Origin: Planctomycetota bacterium
Lineage (GTDB): Bacteria; Planctomycetota; UBA1135; UBA2386
Reading direction: 5' to 3'
DNA: 64,000 bases
NCBI GenBank assembly: GCA_046290465.1
Contig: JBKAGP010000001.1
Location: 1,216,001-1,280,000, forward strand
The notes under the pieces were generated by a model. The model saw only the letters and a program-made list of their open reading frames with translations, did no database searches and had not been told where the DNA came from. The position numbers were made by a program, and so were the translations under genes. Shown here piece after piece: positions 47,889 through 57,455 of the stretch (positions are counted from its first letter, which is position 1; every line of letters begins with the position of its first letter).

Positions 47889-49016
47889 CTACTTCGGCTT
47901 CGGGTCGAACAGCCGCTGCGCGATGTCGAGGTCGAACTGGGTCACCATGCCGGCCGACCAAGTCAGCAGGAACTGGCTGGCAGCGGACGGCTCGGAGTCG
48001 CTGTAGGTCACGTAGTGCTCGTTGCGTTCGGGCACGCGGTCGCCGACCTCGATGGTGATCTCGCGCAGCTCGCTGCCGTCCTGGACCGCGAGCCGCAGCT
48101 CCATCTTGGGCGGGAACAGGCCGAGCGCCTGCATGTTACCGGCGCGGGTCAGCGGCCGTTCGAACGACTGCGCGGCGACGTAGCGCAGGCGCTGCACGAC
48201 GCCTTCGACCTCGCCCTGGCGCAGCGCGCCGAGGTCGTCGCAGTCCTTGGCCTGCCAGCGGCTCTCGTTGCGCCCGCGCTCGAACGTGAACGTGCGCGAG
48301 CCGGTGCTGCCGTTGCGGATCGACAGCCGTCGCAGCTTGTCCGGCTCGAGCCGGAACAGCAGCTTGTCGAGCCAGTCCCTGGCCTCGACCGAACGCCGCC
48401 ACGGCTGCCGCCACTCGTAGAGCACCACGTCGTTGCTGTCGCGCTGGCGCACGAACACGCCGCGCACCGCCTCGCTGCCCTGGCCCCACTGGCTGGCGTC
48501 CTTGCCGACCAGCAGGTCGGCAACCACGGTCGTGCCGGCGCGATCGAGGCAGCGCAGGACGAACGCGTGCTGTTCGTCGAGGCCGTACTCGGCCAGCTGC
48601 TCGGCGGTCGCGTCCGGTTGCACCAGCGTGTCGGGGTCGTTGCGGATCGAGCGCAGGTGTTCGAACACGTCGCGCTCGACCAGGCTCTTCTGCACCGGCG
48701 CGCCGGCCAGTTCGACGACCGTGCGCGGCGGCGCGCTCACCACCCAGCCCTGGTCGGTCAACTTGAGCGCCAGCTGGTCGTAGACGACCTTCGCCGGCTG
48801 GTTCTGCTGCTGGCCCGGCGGCGGCTCGGGCTGCTCGTCCTGCGGCTCGCCGAGCACGATCGAACCGACGTTGTCGGCGGTGAAGCCGTCGAACATCAGC
48901 GGGATGCGCGCCACGTCGACGAACGTCTCGGACTCCGACCGCAGCTGCAGGAACGTGGGCACGGCCAGCGCGGCACACAGCACCCCGAGCGCGAGGTTGC
49001 TCTTGCTGTAGGACAT
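47889..49016 (-). CDS. DUF4340-like protein
   Basis: N-terminal TM; LAEYGLD and LQALGL-like repeats; LLVGK/IEVGD; follows the GldG-like gene. Confidence 0.7.
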   Translation of the reverse strand: MSYSKSNLALGVLCAALAVPTFLQLRSESETFVDVARIPLMFDGFTADNVGSIVLGEPQDEQPEPPPGQQQNQPAKVVYDQLALKLTDQGWVVSAPPRTVVELAGAPVQKSLVERDVFEHLRSIRNDPDTLVQPDATAEQLAEYGLDEQHAFVLRCLDRAGTTVVADLLVGKDASQWGQGSEAVRGVFVRQRDSNDVVLYEWRQPWRRSVEARDWLDKLLFRLEPDKLRRLSIRNGSTGSRTFTFERGRNESRWQAKDCDDLGALRQGEVEGVVQRLRYVAAQSFERPLTRAGNMQALGLFPPKMELRLAVQDGSELREITIEVGDRVPERNEHYVTYSDSEPSAASQFLLTWSAGMVTQFDLDIAQRLFDPKPK

Positions 49017-49037
49017 GATGGAGTTCCTCGAGGTCGT

Positions 49038-51167
49038 TCAGTTGAGTTGGGACAGGAACGCGCGCTTCTGGTTGCGGCGCAGGAGCCCGAGCACCAGGCC
49101 GAACCCACCCAGCAGGGTGACCGGCACGATCACGTTCCACCAGCGCAGCTGGGTGACCTTGCTGCGCACCGCCTGCTCGGCGTCGCGCGGGTCCCGCTTG
49201 CTGTCGACCTCGTCGGCGACGAACTTCAGCGTGCGATCGGTCGGCACGCGCGTCTGCAGCGCGATCAGGTCGCGGTCCTCGCTCAGCCAGTCGAGCATCT
49301 GCGCGAAGAACACCATGCCGTAGATCGACACCGGCCCGCCCTGCTGCGCCATGCTGCGGCCGATCAGGTCGTCGCGCAGGAACGTCGAGTCGCCGACCAC
49401 GACGATGCGGCCGACCTGCTCCGACTCGGTGCGCATGGCGCGCTCCTGCGCCACCGCCGGCGCGGCATCGGCCGGCTTCGGCGGCGGGCCGGCCTGCTCG
49501 GCGCCGGCCGCCGCGGGTTGCTGCGCCTCCGGTTGCTCGCCGTCCTTCTGCGGGTCGTCCTGCTGCTGGTCATCGTCCTTGCGCGCGGCCTTCTCGGCCG
49601 CCTCGCTTGGACGCAGCGGCCGCTCGCGGCCGGCGAAGAACGACGTGAAGCGCCCCTTCACCTCGACCATCAGCGGCGCCTGCTGGCGGGTCTCGGCCTG
49701 CAGCCGCTCGACGCGTTCGCGGAAGAACTGCTGGCTGACCGCGGCCCACTGGCCGGGGTCCTGGCCGATCGGGTTGAGCGACTGCGGCGGATCCTCGACC
49801 AGCGCCAGCGGCGACGACCACAGCAGCACGCGGCCGTCGACGCCGTCCGGCAGGTCGAGCGCGCCGCCAGCCCGCTGCGCCAGCCCGACCCACGTCGGCC
49901 AGTAGAAGCCGGGGCCGCGCTGCAGCTTGCGGAACGCCTGGAACAGGAAGTCGTCGGCCGGCATGCCCGGCTGCATCGTCTTGCGGTACTGCTCGGCCTT
50001 GCGCTCGTCGACGTTGCCGGTGGCGTCCTTGGCCAGCTGGTCGGCGAACGTCGCCCAGTCGAGGTTGCGCGCGTGGAAGAAGTACGGGTAGTTGACCGGC
50101 GCGTAGTTGGCCATGCCGGTGCGGCCGCGCACCGGCACCGAGAAGTACTCCTGCCGCGCGTTGAACGCCGCCTGGTGCGCCTGCGACGCCATGTCGCAGA
50201 CCAGCCGCGGCCGCCACTCGACGCCGTAGTGGCGCAGCATGTCGACGAACTTCGTCTCGCTGCCCTTGGCGTCCAGGTAGAGCGGCATCTTGCGCATCAG
50301 GCGCTGCGGCCCCATCGCGTACTCGGCGGCGTCGGCGAACACCACCAGCGTGCCGCCGGCGACCACGAACTGGTCGATGACGTACTTCTGCCGGTCGCTG
50401 AGGTCGCTCGGCCGGAACAGGAACAGCGTGTCGAGGTCGTCGGGCAGCAGCGCGCCGTCCTCGTCCTTGTAGTTCTGGAACTCGTAGCGCTTCTGCAGGC
50501 CTTCGTTGGTGCGGCAGCCGTTCCAGCCGACGCCGCCCGGGGTGCCGCGCTGCATCGAGCGGGCCGGCCACTCCATGTAGCCGAACGCGCGCTTCTGCTC
50601 GGTCATGACCTCCTTGAGCTTCGGCGTCACGACGGCTTCGGCGACGAACGAACTGGTCGGCAGGAACGACGGGATCACTTCCTGCTTGCTGCCGCCGTAG
50701 ACCAGCCGCAGCCCCTGCCAGTGCTGGTCGACCGACAGCGAGGTCGCCGAGCGGCTGCTGAGGTTGAGCGGCTGCACGCCCAGCCGCGTCGCCTTGTCGG
50801 CGACCGCCTTGTCGCTGTTGGGGTCGAAGCGCTGCACGACGACCTTGCCGCCGCCGAGCTGGGTGATCTCGTCGAGGAAGTTGTCGGCCCAGTCGCGCGT
50901 GCCGCGCATGTTGAGCGGCAGGTCGTCCTTCGGGCTGAAGTAGGCCTCGACCAGCAGCCGCTTGTCGAGCCCGGACAGCACGCTGCGGGTCGAGTCGGTC
51001 GACGTCCACAGCCGGTCCGACGTCATGTCGACGCGCACGCGGTAGCGCGACGCCAGGTAGACGACCTGGCCCAGCACCAGCAGCAGCAGCAACAGGTGCA
51101 GCATCGCACCGAGGACCTGGCCGCCCTGGCGCGGGATCCGACTCGTTGGCATCGGCATCGGCATCAT
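49038..51167 (-). CDS. GldG-like ABC auxiliary component
   Basis: RVDMTSDRLWT, EAYFS, IDQFVVAGG, RIVVVGDSTF, LDWLSEDRDLIAL, C-terminal TM; ATGA overlap. Confidence 0.85.
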   Translation of the reverse strand: MMPMPMPTSRIPRQGGQVLGAMLHLLLLLLVLGQVVYLASRYRVRVDMTSDRLWTSTDSTRSVLSGLDKRLLVEAYFSPKDDLPLNMRGTRDWADNFLDEITQLGGGKVVVQRFDPNSDKAVADKATRLGVQPLNLSSRSATSLSVDQHWQGLRLVYGGSKQEVIPSFLPTSSFVAEAVVTPKLKEVMTEQKRAFGYMEWPARSMQRGTPGGVGWNGCRTNEGLQKRYEFQNYKDEDGALLPDDLDTLFLFRPSDLSDRQKYVIDQFVVAGGTLVVFADAAEYAMGPQRLMRKMPLYLDAKGSETKFVDMLRHYGVEWRPRLVCDMASQAHQAAFNARQEYFSVPVRGRTGMANYAPVNYPYFFHARNLDWATFADQLAKDATGNVDERKAEQYRKTMQPGMPADDFLFQAFRKLQRGPGFYWPTWVGLAQRAGGALDLPDGVDGRVLLWSSPLALVEDPPQSLNPIGQDPGQWAAVSQQFFRERVERLQAETRQQAPLMVEVKGRFTSFFAGRERPLRPSEAAEKAARKDDDQQQDDPQKDGEQPEAQQPAAAGAEQAGPPPKPADAAPAVAQERAMRTESEQVGRIVVVGDSTFLRDDLIGRSMAQQGGPVSIYGMVFFAQMLDWLSEDRDLIALQTRVPTDRTLKFVADEVDSKRDPRDAEQAVRSKVTQLRWWNVIVPVTLLGGFGLVLGLLRRNQKRAFLSQLN

Positions 51168-51901
51168 CCCTTCGATTCGCGCCGGATCTTCAGCACGAGC
51201 ACGTTCGCGTAGAGGAAGAACCCGCAGAAGCAGGCGAAGTAGACGAAGTCGCGCGTGTCGAACACGCCGCGCGCGATGCTCTGGAAGTACTTGAACGGGC
51301 TGATGCCGTTGAGCATGTCGGCGACCAGCGGCGGCAGGTTGGCGCCGAAGAACTCGATCAGCGTCGGGTAGCCGAGCAGGAACAGCACCGCCAGCGACAC
51401 CACCGACGCCAGCAGCGCGACGATCTGGTCGCGCGTCATGCTCGACCAGAACATACCGACCGCGACGAAGCTGCCGGCGAACAGCAGCGAGGCCAGGTAG
51501 GCGCCGAGCACCGGCGGCCAGTCGACCGAGCCGTAGGCGCCGAGCGTCAGCGGCAGGCCGAAGGTCAGCAGCAGCACGAACGCGAGGTAGGTCAGCACCG
51601 CGAGGAACTTGCCGAACACGACCTCGCCCGGCCGCACCGGGAACGTCAGCAGCAGCTCGATCGTGCCGAGCTTCCGTTCTTCGGCCCACAGCCGCATGGT
51701 CAGCCCCGGCAGGAACACGAGGTAGATCCACGGCAGGTAGAGGAAGAACGGCTGCATGCTCGCCTGCGCGTCGTGCACCAGCGTCGACTGCGCCGACAGG
51801 AACAGCAGCACCGACAGGAACAGCCCGCCGAACACGTAGGCGATCGGCGACAGGAAGTAGCTCTTCAGCTCGCGGCGGAAGACGACCAGCGACCTAGTCA
51901 T
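51164..51901 (-). CDS. GldF-like ABC-2 permease
   Basis: RRELKSYFLSPIAY, TMRLWAEERKLGTIELLLT, DQIVA. Confidence 0.9.
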   Translation of the reverse strand: MTRSLVVFRRELKSYFLSPIAYVFGGLFLSVLLFLSAQSTLVHDAQASMQPFFLYLPWIYLVFLPGLTMRLWAEERKLGTIELLLTFPVRPGEVVFGKFLAVLTYLAFVLLLTFGLPLTLGAYGSVDWPPVLGAYLASLLFAGSFVAVGMFWSSMTRDQIVALLASVVSLAVLFLLGYPTLIEFFGANLPPLVADMLNGISPFKYFQSIARGVFDTRDFVYFACFCGFFLYANVLVLKIRRESKG

Positions 51902-52865
51902 GGGCGACCTCCTGATGCACGACGTCCTCGGGTGCGCGCAGCGTCAGCTCGCGGAACACGTCCTCGAGGCTCGGCCGCTCGCGCCGCAGCGCCAGCAGGT
52001 CCCAGCCGTTCTTGATGACCAGCCGCGCCAGCGACTCGTCGATCGGCGTGCTCAGCCGGTCGGTGCGCACCCGGTAGTCGATCGCGTCCTCGCGCCGCTC
52101 GAGCACGTCGACCGGCACATCCGGCGGCAGCAGCTCGCGGAACTGCGCGACCACCGCGGTCTCCGGCCCGCGCACGGTCATCAGCAGGCTGCCCTGCGGC
52201 TGGCCCGAGACCAGCTGCTGCTGGGTGCCGTCGGCGACGATCTCGCCGTGGTTGACGATGATCACGCGCGTGCAGGACTTCTCGACCTCCTGCAGGTAGT
52301 GCGTGCTCAGCACCACCGTGTGCTCCTCGCCGAGCCGCTCGATCAGGTTGCGCACCTCGACGATCTGGTTGGGGTCGAGGCCCGAGGTCGGCTCGTCGAG
52401 GATCAGCACCGGCGGTTCGTGCACGATCGCCTGCGCCAGGCCGACCCGCTGCTTGTAGCCCTTCGACAGCTCGACGATGTTCTTGCCGGTGACGCGCTGC
52501 AGGCCGCACAGCTCGACGGCCCGCGCGATCTTGGCCGTGCGCTCGCGCGCGGGTACGCCGCGGATCTCGGCGACGAACGACAGGTAGTCGTCGACGCGCA
52601 TCTCGGCGTAGAGCGGCGTGCTCTCCGGCAGGTAGCCGACGCACTGGCGAACGCGCAGCGAGTCGTGCACGACGTCGTGGCCGTTGACCGATCCCCGCCC
52701 TGCCGTGGGCATCAGGTAGCCGGTCAGGATCTTCATCGTGGTCGACTTCCCGGCCCCGTTGGGACCGAGGAAGCCGACGACCTCACCCTTCTGCACGGAG
52801 AACGAGATCCCCTTGAGTGCCCGGGCGAAGCCATAGCTCTTCTCGAGACGTTCGACTTCGATCAT
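51894..52865 (-). CDS. GldA-like ABC transporter ATP-binding protein
   Basis: GPNGAGKST, LSKGYKQR, ILDEPTSGLDPNQ, STH. Confidence 0.95.
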   Translation of the reverse strand: MIEVERLEKSYGFARALKGISFSVQKGEVVGFLGPNGAGKSTTMKILTGYLMPTAGRGSVNGHDVVHDSLRVRQCVGYLPESTPLYAEMRVDDYLSFVAEIRGVPARERTAKIARAVELCGLQRVTGKNIVELSKGYKQRVGLAQAIVHEPPVLILDEPTSGLDPNQIVEVRNLIERLGEEHTVVLSTHYLQEVEKSCTRVIIVNHGEIVADGTQQQLVSGQPQGSLLMTVRGPETAVVAQFRELLPPDVPVDVLERREDAIDYRVRTDRLSTPIDESLARLVIKNGWDLLALRRERPSLEDVFRELTLRAPEDVVHQEVAHD

Positions 52866-52889
52866 GTGCGTTGCGCTGTCGTTGTCTGG

Positions 52890-52917
52890 ACGTTAGCCCG
52901 CGACCGACCACAGGCAA
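52890..52917 (-). promoter_or_regulatory. Candidate sigma70 promoter for the Gld-like operon
   Basis: TTGCCT, 16 nt, TAACGT. Confidence 0.45.
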
Positions 52918-52994
52918 CACAACGCCCCCTTTGCCAACCACTTGGTTGCCGGCGAACGGGATCGCCGGCCGTTCGGATCGCCGGCCCTGCCCAT

Positions 52995-53036
52995 CGGGAG
53001 ATGGCCGCCGGGGTATGGCCGCCGGGATATGGCCGC
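52995..53036. repeat. 14-bp imperfect tandem repeat x3 just after the rho stop
   Basis: CGGGAGATGGCCGC / CGGGGTATGGCCGC / CGGGATATGGCCGC. Confidence 0.8.
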
Positions 53037-53041
53037 GGCCG

Positions 53042-54382
53042 CTAGTCCTCGAGGCGGAAGCTGTCGAGGAACTCCTGGTTGGTGTCCGTCTTCATCAGAC
53101 GGTCGATCAGGAGCGGCATCGCGTCGAGCGCGTTCATGCGGCCGAGCACGCGGCGCAGCGTGTAGAGGCGCTTGGTGACCTCGTCGCCCAGCAGCAGCTC
53201 CTCCTTGCGCGTGCCCGACAGCTCGATGTCGATCGCGGGGAAGATGCGGCGCTCGGCCAGCTGGCGGTTGAGCACCAGCTCCTGGTTGCCGGTGCCCTTG
53301 AACTCCTCGAAGATCACCTGGTCCATGCGCGAGCCGGTGTCGACCAGCGTCGTGCCCAGGATCGTCAGCGAGCCGCCCTCTTCGCACTTGCGCGCCGAGC
53401 CGAAGAACTTCTTCGGGATCTCGAGCACCTTGGCGCCGACGCCGCCCGACATGGTCGCGCCACCGCGGCCGCCGAGCGCCGAGTTGTAGGCGCGGGTCAG
53501 GCGCGTGATCGAGTCGAGCAGGATCACGACGTCCTTGCCGGTCTCGACCAGACGATGGGCGCGCTTCAGGCATATCTCGGAGACGGCGACGTGGTGCTTG
53601 GGCCCCTCGTCGAGCGTCGAGACCAGCACTTCGCGGTTGTCGCCCGAGACGCTGCGCTTCCAACCGGTCGCCTCCTCGGGGCGCTCGTCGATCAGCAGCA
53701 CCATCATGTGCGCGTCCGGGTAGTGCTCACTGATCGCGTGGCAGATCTGCTGCATCAGCACCGTCTTGCCAGAACGCGGCGGCGCCACCACCAGGCCGCG
53801 GGTGCCGTGGCCGATCGGACACAGCAGGTCGACGATGCGCAGCGAGACGTTCTCGTCCTCGCCCGGCGCCAGCTTGAACTGCGGCTCCGGATCGATCACC
53901 GTCATGTGGCGGAACTGCGGCAGCTCGCGCCGTTCTTCGGGGTCGATGCCGTCGACGGTCTCGACCTCGGCCAGCGTGTGTCGCTGCGGGCCGCGGCTCG
54001 GCAGGCCGGCCTGGCCGCAGATCTCGCTGCCCTCCTGCAGGCGGTGCTGCCGGATCAGCGCCGACGGCACGAACACGTCGCCGTTGGGGATCGAGTCGGG
54101 CATGTAGCTGTTGACCTTCTGTCGCAGCCAGCCGTTGCCCTCCTTGGTGTACTCGAGCACGCCGACGGTCTGCTCGGTCGGGCCTTCGACCGGGAAGTTG
54201 CCTCCCCCGCCGCCGCCGCCGCTGCCGCCGCCGCCGCCTTCACCACCACCGCCGCCGCCGCCACCGCCGCCGCCGCGACGGCGACGACGCCTGCGACCAC
54301 CGCGGCGCCACTTGCGGTCCGGGCCACCCTGGTCGGGCGATCCTTCGGTTCCTCCGCCGAACTCGTTATCCGAGATACTCAT
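53042..54382 (-). CDS. rho: Transcription termination factor Rho with Arg/Gly-rich N-terminal region
   Basis: APPRSGKT, LLIDERPEE, LDSITRL, LVDTGSRMD, EEFKGTGN, SGTRKEELL; start MSISDNEF. Confidence 0.97.
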   Translation of the reverse strand: MSISDNEFGGGTEGSPDQGGPDRKWRRGGRRRRRRRGGGGGGGGGGGEGGGGGSGGGGGGGNFPVEGPTEQTVGVLEYTKEGNGWLRQKVNSYMPDSIPNGDVFVPSALIRQHRLQEGSEICGQAGLPSRGPQRHTLAEVETVDGIDPEERRELPQFRHMTVIDPEPQFKLAPGEDENVSLRIVDLLCPIGHGTRGLVVAPPRSGKTVLMQQICHAISEHYPDAHMMVLLIDERPEEATGWKRSVSGDNREVLVSTLDEGPKHHVAVSEICLKRAHRLVETGKDVVILLDSITRLTRAYNSALGGRGGATMSGGVGAKVLEIPKKFFGSARKCEEGGSLTILGTTLVDTGSRMDQVIFEEFKGTGNQELVLNRQLAERRIFPAIDIELSGTRKEELLLGDEVTKRLYTLRRVLGRMNALDAMPLLIDRLMKTDTNQEFLDSFRLED

Positions 54383-54811
54383 TCCGTATCGATAGACAGC
54401 CGGTTGCTGCCGTGTGTCCGTGGGACGTTCTTGATTGGACGGATGTCCGGTGCCTGGCGGGAGCCGAGCCATGCTGGCTCTGCGACCCCCACTGCCTGCC
54501 GGCGACGGCCAGCTGCGAGGTCCGGAGACCGGATCCTCGGGAAGCTGCGTTTCGCCCTCAACGACGGCTCCGGCTCGGAAACCGGAAGCCTGGATGGAAC
54601 TCGGGCCGCGACGTGCATCCGGTTCTGCCATACGGATCCTGACGAGCGATCCTGGGCAGGGACACCGCGCGGTGACCGAAGGTCTCCAACCGCGCTCACC
54701 CCTTCTCGTCCTGCGCGAGGCTGGGACCGACGGCGGCCGCGCGTTCGCAGCTGCCCGGGGCGAGATCCTGGGAACGGCCGCGATGGCGATCGTTCCCCTG
54801 GACGGTCGCGG

Positions 54812-54840
54812 AGAGTAGCGACGCCAGGAATGCGGCGCAA
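54812..54840 (-). promoter_or_regulatory. Candidate sigma70 promoter for rho (implies a ~420-nt leader)
   Basis: TTGCGC (54840-54835), 17 nt, TACTCT (54817-54812). Confidence 0.55.
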
Positions 54841-55043
54841 GGTGCCTTGTCGCAATTCCCGGTGCCACCGCAGCTCGGAACCTGTGCCCAGGACCCGCGG
54901 CTGCGACATTGCCCTCTACCGTTCCGTGCGCTATCCACCGTCCCCTGCGATCGGCGGTTCGCATTCAACTTCTGCCCCGCCGATCACCGAAGAATGAGCT
55001 AGCGGGCCTCCTGTTTGCCCGCCGAACAGCGAACGCAGTGACG

Positions 55044-55679
55044 ATGCAGAACCCAAGCGACTTCGATCCCCGCCGCCTCCGTCTCGACGAAGAGAACGGC
55101 AACGACCAAGAACAGAAGAAGGGCGACGGTCTGCCCAACCCCTACGAGAAGGCGCTCTTCGAGTCGCGCACCGTGCTGATCAGCGGCGGCGTCGACGACA
55201 AGATGCTGAAGGAGGCGACCATGCGCGTGCTGGCCCTCGAGGCCGAGGACGCCGACGCGCCGATCACCGTGCTGATCAACTCGCCGGGCGGCAGCGCCGA
55301 CGCCGGCTTCGCGATCTACGACCTGCTGCGCTTCGTGTCGTGCCCGATCCGCACGGTCGTCAACGGCCTGTGCGCGTCGGCCGGCATCCTGATCCACCTC
55401 GCGGGCGATCCCGGCAGCCGCTACTGCATGTCGGAGAGCCGCTTCATGATCCACCAGCCGTCGACCGGCGGCCGCGGCCAGGCGTCGGACCTCGAGATCA
55501 CCGCCAAGGAAGTGATCAAGCTGCGCGATCGCTACAACAAGATCATCGGCGAAGCCTGCAACAAGAACCCGGACGACGTCTTCGAGGCCGCCCGCCGCGA
55601 CTTCTGGCTCGACGCCGGCCAGGCGCTCGAATACGGCCTGATCAACAAGGTCGTGGTGACCCGCAAGGACCTCGACTGA
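55044..55679 (+). CDS. clpP: ATP-dependent Clp protease proteolytic subunit
   Basis: INSPGGS, GLCASAG (Ser), MIHQP (His), RRDFWL (Asp), EYGLI. Confidence 0.95.
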   Translation: MQNPSDFDPRRLRLDEENGNDQEQKKGDGLPNPYEKALFESRTVLISGGVDDKMLKEATMRVLALEAEDADAPITVLINSPGGSADAGFAIYDLLRFVSCPIRTVVNGLCASAGILIHLAGDPGSRYCMSESRFMIHQPSTGGRGQASDLEITAKEVIKLRDRYNKIIGEACNKNPDDVFEAARRDFWLDAGQALEYGLINKVVVTRKDLD

Positions 55680-55750
55680 TCGAACGGCCGGAGATTCCGG
55701 CCGGACCGCCGCGGTGAACCGTTCGCCGCCGCGTTACGTTGTCGCCTGCG

Positions 55751-57439
55751 ATGCTCCGCTCCGCGACGACGTCCGCCGTGCTGCTGGCCGGCAGCCTGCA
55801 GCTGGCCACGACGGCCCTCGCTGCCTCGACGATGCCGGCTGCCGGGACGGCCGTGGCTGGCGACCGACCGGTCGCCCAGCAGCCTGGCTCGCAGCAGCCT
55901 GGCACGCCATCGCCTGGCGCACGCACCCGGAGCATCATCTACGCGCAGCTCGAGGACCCTTCGGGCAACCCGGTCGCCGACGCCACCGGCTGGCTGCTGC
56001 CCGAGCCGCGCCGGCGATGGCTCGCCCTGCCGGCGTACGTGCCGCGCGGCGCCGACGGCGGCCCGCCGCCGTTCCGCCGCGCGACCAGCGACCGACGCGG
56101 CCTGCTGCGCTTCGGCGACGACGACTGGCAGCCGGGCGCCGGCAGCGGTCTGGTGACCACCGACCAGGGCCTCGGCGCGGTGCTGCCGCGGCTGTTCGCC
56201 CGCCGCCTGCAGCGCGTCACGCTCGAACCGATGGCCGAGATCTCGACCGCGACCGGCACCGAGCCGTTCGAACTGCACGCGCGGGCGCGCCTCGCCGACG
56301 GCCACCGCGTGCTGCTGCCGACCCAGCGCGGCCAGCGCGTGCGCCTGCCTGCCGGCGACTACGAGGTCTGGGCCAAGAGCGCCGACGGCTGGACCTGGCA
56401 GCGGCTGGTGCTGCGCGCGGGCGGCCGTGCGACGCTGCGCTTCGACGGCACCGCGCAGCGCGTGCGGGTGCCGGCCGACGCCTACCTGCATCCGGACGGC
56501 TGGTCGACGATGCCGCTGCGCGGCCTCGGTGACGACGTCGAGGTGCTGCTGCGCGGCAATGCGCTGGCTGCGCCGCTGGTCACCTGGACCGACGAACGGG
56601 TCACGCCGGCGCGCGTGCTGCCCGGCCCACCCACCGTCGAGCCGATCGCCTGGCCGCCGGCGAGCGACCGCGAGCTGCAGACCGTGGCCGGTGGCATTCC
56701 GGGCGCGACGTGGTACGGGCTGGTCCGGCAGGAGCGCGGCGGCTACCGGCTGGTCGCGCGCGCGCGCGCCGACGAGCAGGGCGACGTCGCGCTGCCGCCC
56801 GACCCGGGCGGCGACAGCTGGCTGCTCGCCGAAGGACCGTTCGCGCCGTTCGCGGTGCCGTGGTCGCGCGGTCCGGCGCGGCCGGGCGGCGAGCAACCGG
56901 CGCGCGGCGTGCCGTTGACGCTGCAGGCGCGCAACGGCCAGAACCTGCCGGTGGTCGACCTTGTCTGCACCTACACGCCCGACGGCATGCCCGCCGCTGC
57001 GGTCGTCGCGCGCACCGACGCGGTCGGCGTGGCGCGCTTCGGCCCGCTGCGCGGTCCCGGCGCGCTGACGATCGACGACCCACGCTACGCCAACCAGCGC
57101 ATCGAACTCGAGACGGTGCCGACCCGGCCGTTGCCGGTGGCGGTGCAGCGCGGGGCGTCGTGCCGCGGCACGGTGGCGTTCGACGACGGGCACAGCGACG
57201 CGACCATCGTGCTGACGCTGCGTGACCCGCGCGGCCTGCTGCGCCCCGCCGAACGGACCATCGCGCTGCAGCCCGGCGAGGAGTTCGCGTTCGACGGCCT
57301 GCCCGACGAGACCGATCTGGTGCTGTTCGCGACCGCGACCCGCACCGGCAAGACCTGGTCGGCGCGGCGGATCGTGCGCAGCGGCGCGAGGGACCTCGAG
57401 CTGGTGCTGGCCGACGAGGATCCCGAGTTCGGTCGCTGA
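55751..57439 (+). CDS. Secreted hypothetical protein with carboxypeptidase-regulatory-like repeats
   Basis: Signal-like N-terminus; D-x-x-G-x-PV, TD-x-x-G-x-x-x-F and F-x-F-x-GLP motifs; alternative TTG start 55739. Confidence 0.65.
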   Translation: MLRSATTSAVLLAGSLQLATTALAASTMPAAGTAVAGDRPVAQQPGSQQPGTPSPGARTRSIIYAQLEDPSGNPVADATGWLLPEPRRRWLALPAYVPRGADGGPPPFRRATSDRRGLLRFGDDDWQPGAGSGLVTTDQGLGAVLPRLFARRLQRVTLEPMAEISTATGTEPFELHARARLADGHRVLLPTQRGQRVRLPAGDYEVWAKSADGWTWQRLVLRAGGRATLRFDGTAQRVRVPADAYLHPDGWSTMPLRGLGDDVEVLLRGNALAAPLVTWTDERVTPARVLPGPPTVEPIAWPPASDRELQTVAGGIPGATWYGLVRQERGGYRLVARARADEQGDVALPPDPGGDSWLLAEGPFAPFAVPWSRGPARPGGEQPARGVPLTLQARNGQNLPVVDLVCTYTPDGMPAAAVVARTDAVGVARFGPLRGPGALTIDDPRYANQRIELETVPTRPLPVAVQRGASCRGTVAFDDGHSDATIVLTLRDPRGLLRPAERTIALQPGEEFAFDGLPDETDLVLFATATRTGKTWSARRIVRSGARDLELVLADEDPEFGR

Positions 57440-57455
57440 GCCGCGGGGCGCCCGC

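Noticed and set aside
52905..52940. Sigma54 promoter upstream of the GldA-like gene (TTGGCA...TTGC)
   Set aside because: The GG-N10-GC spacing is not met
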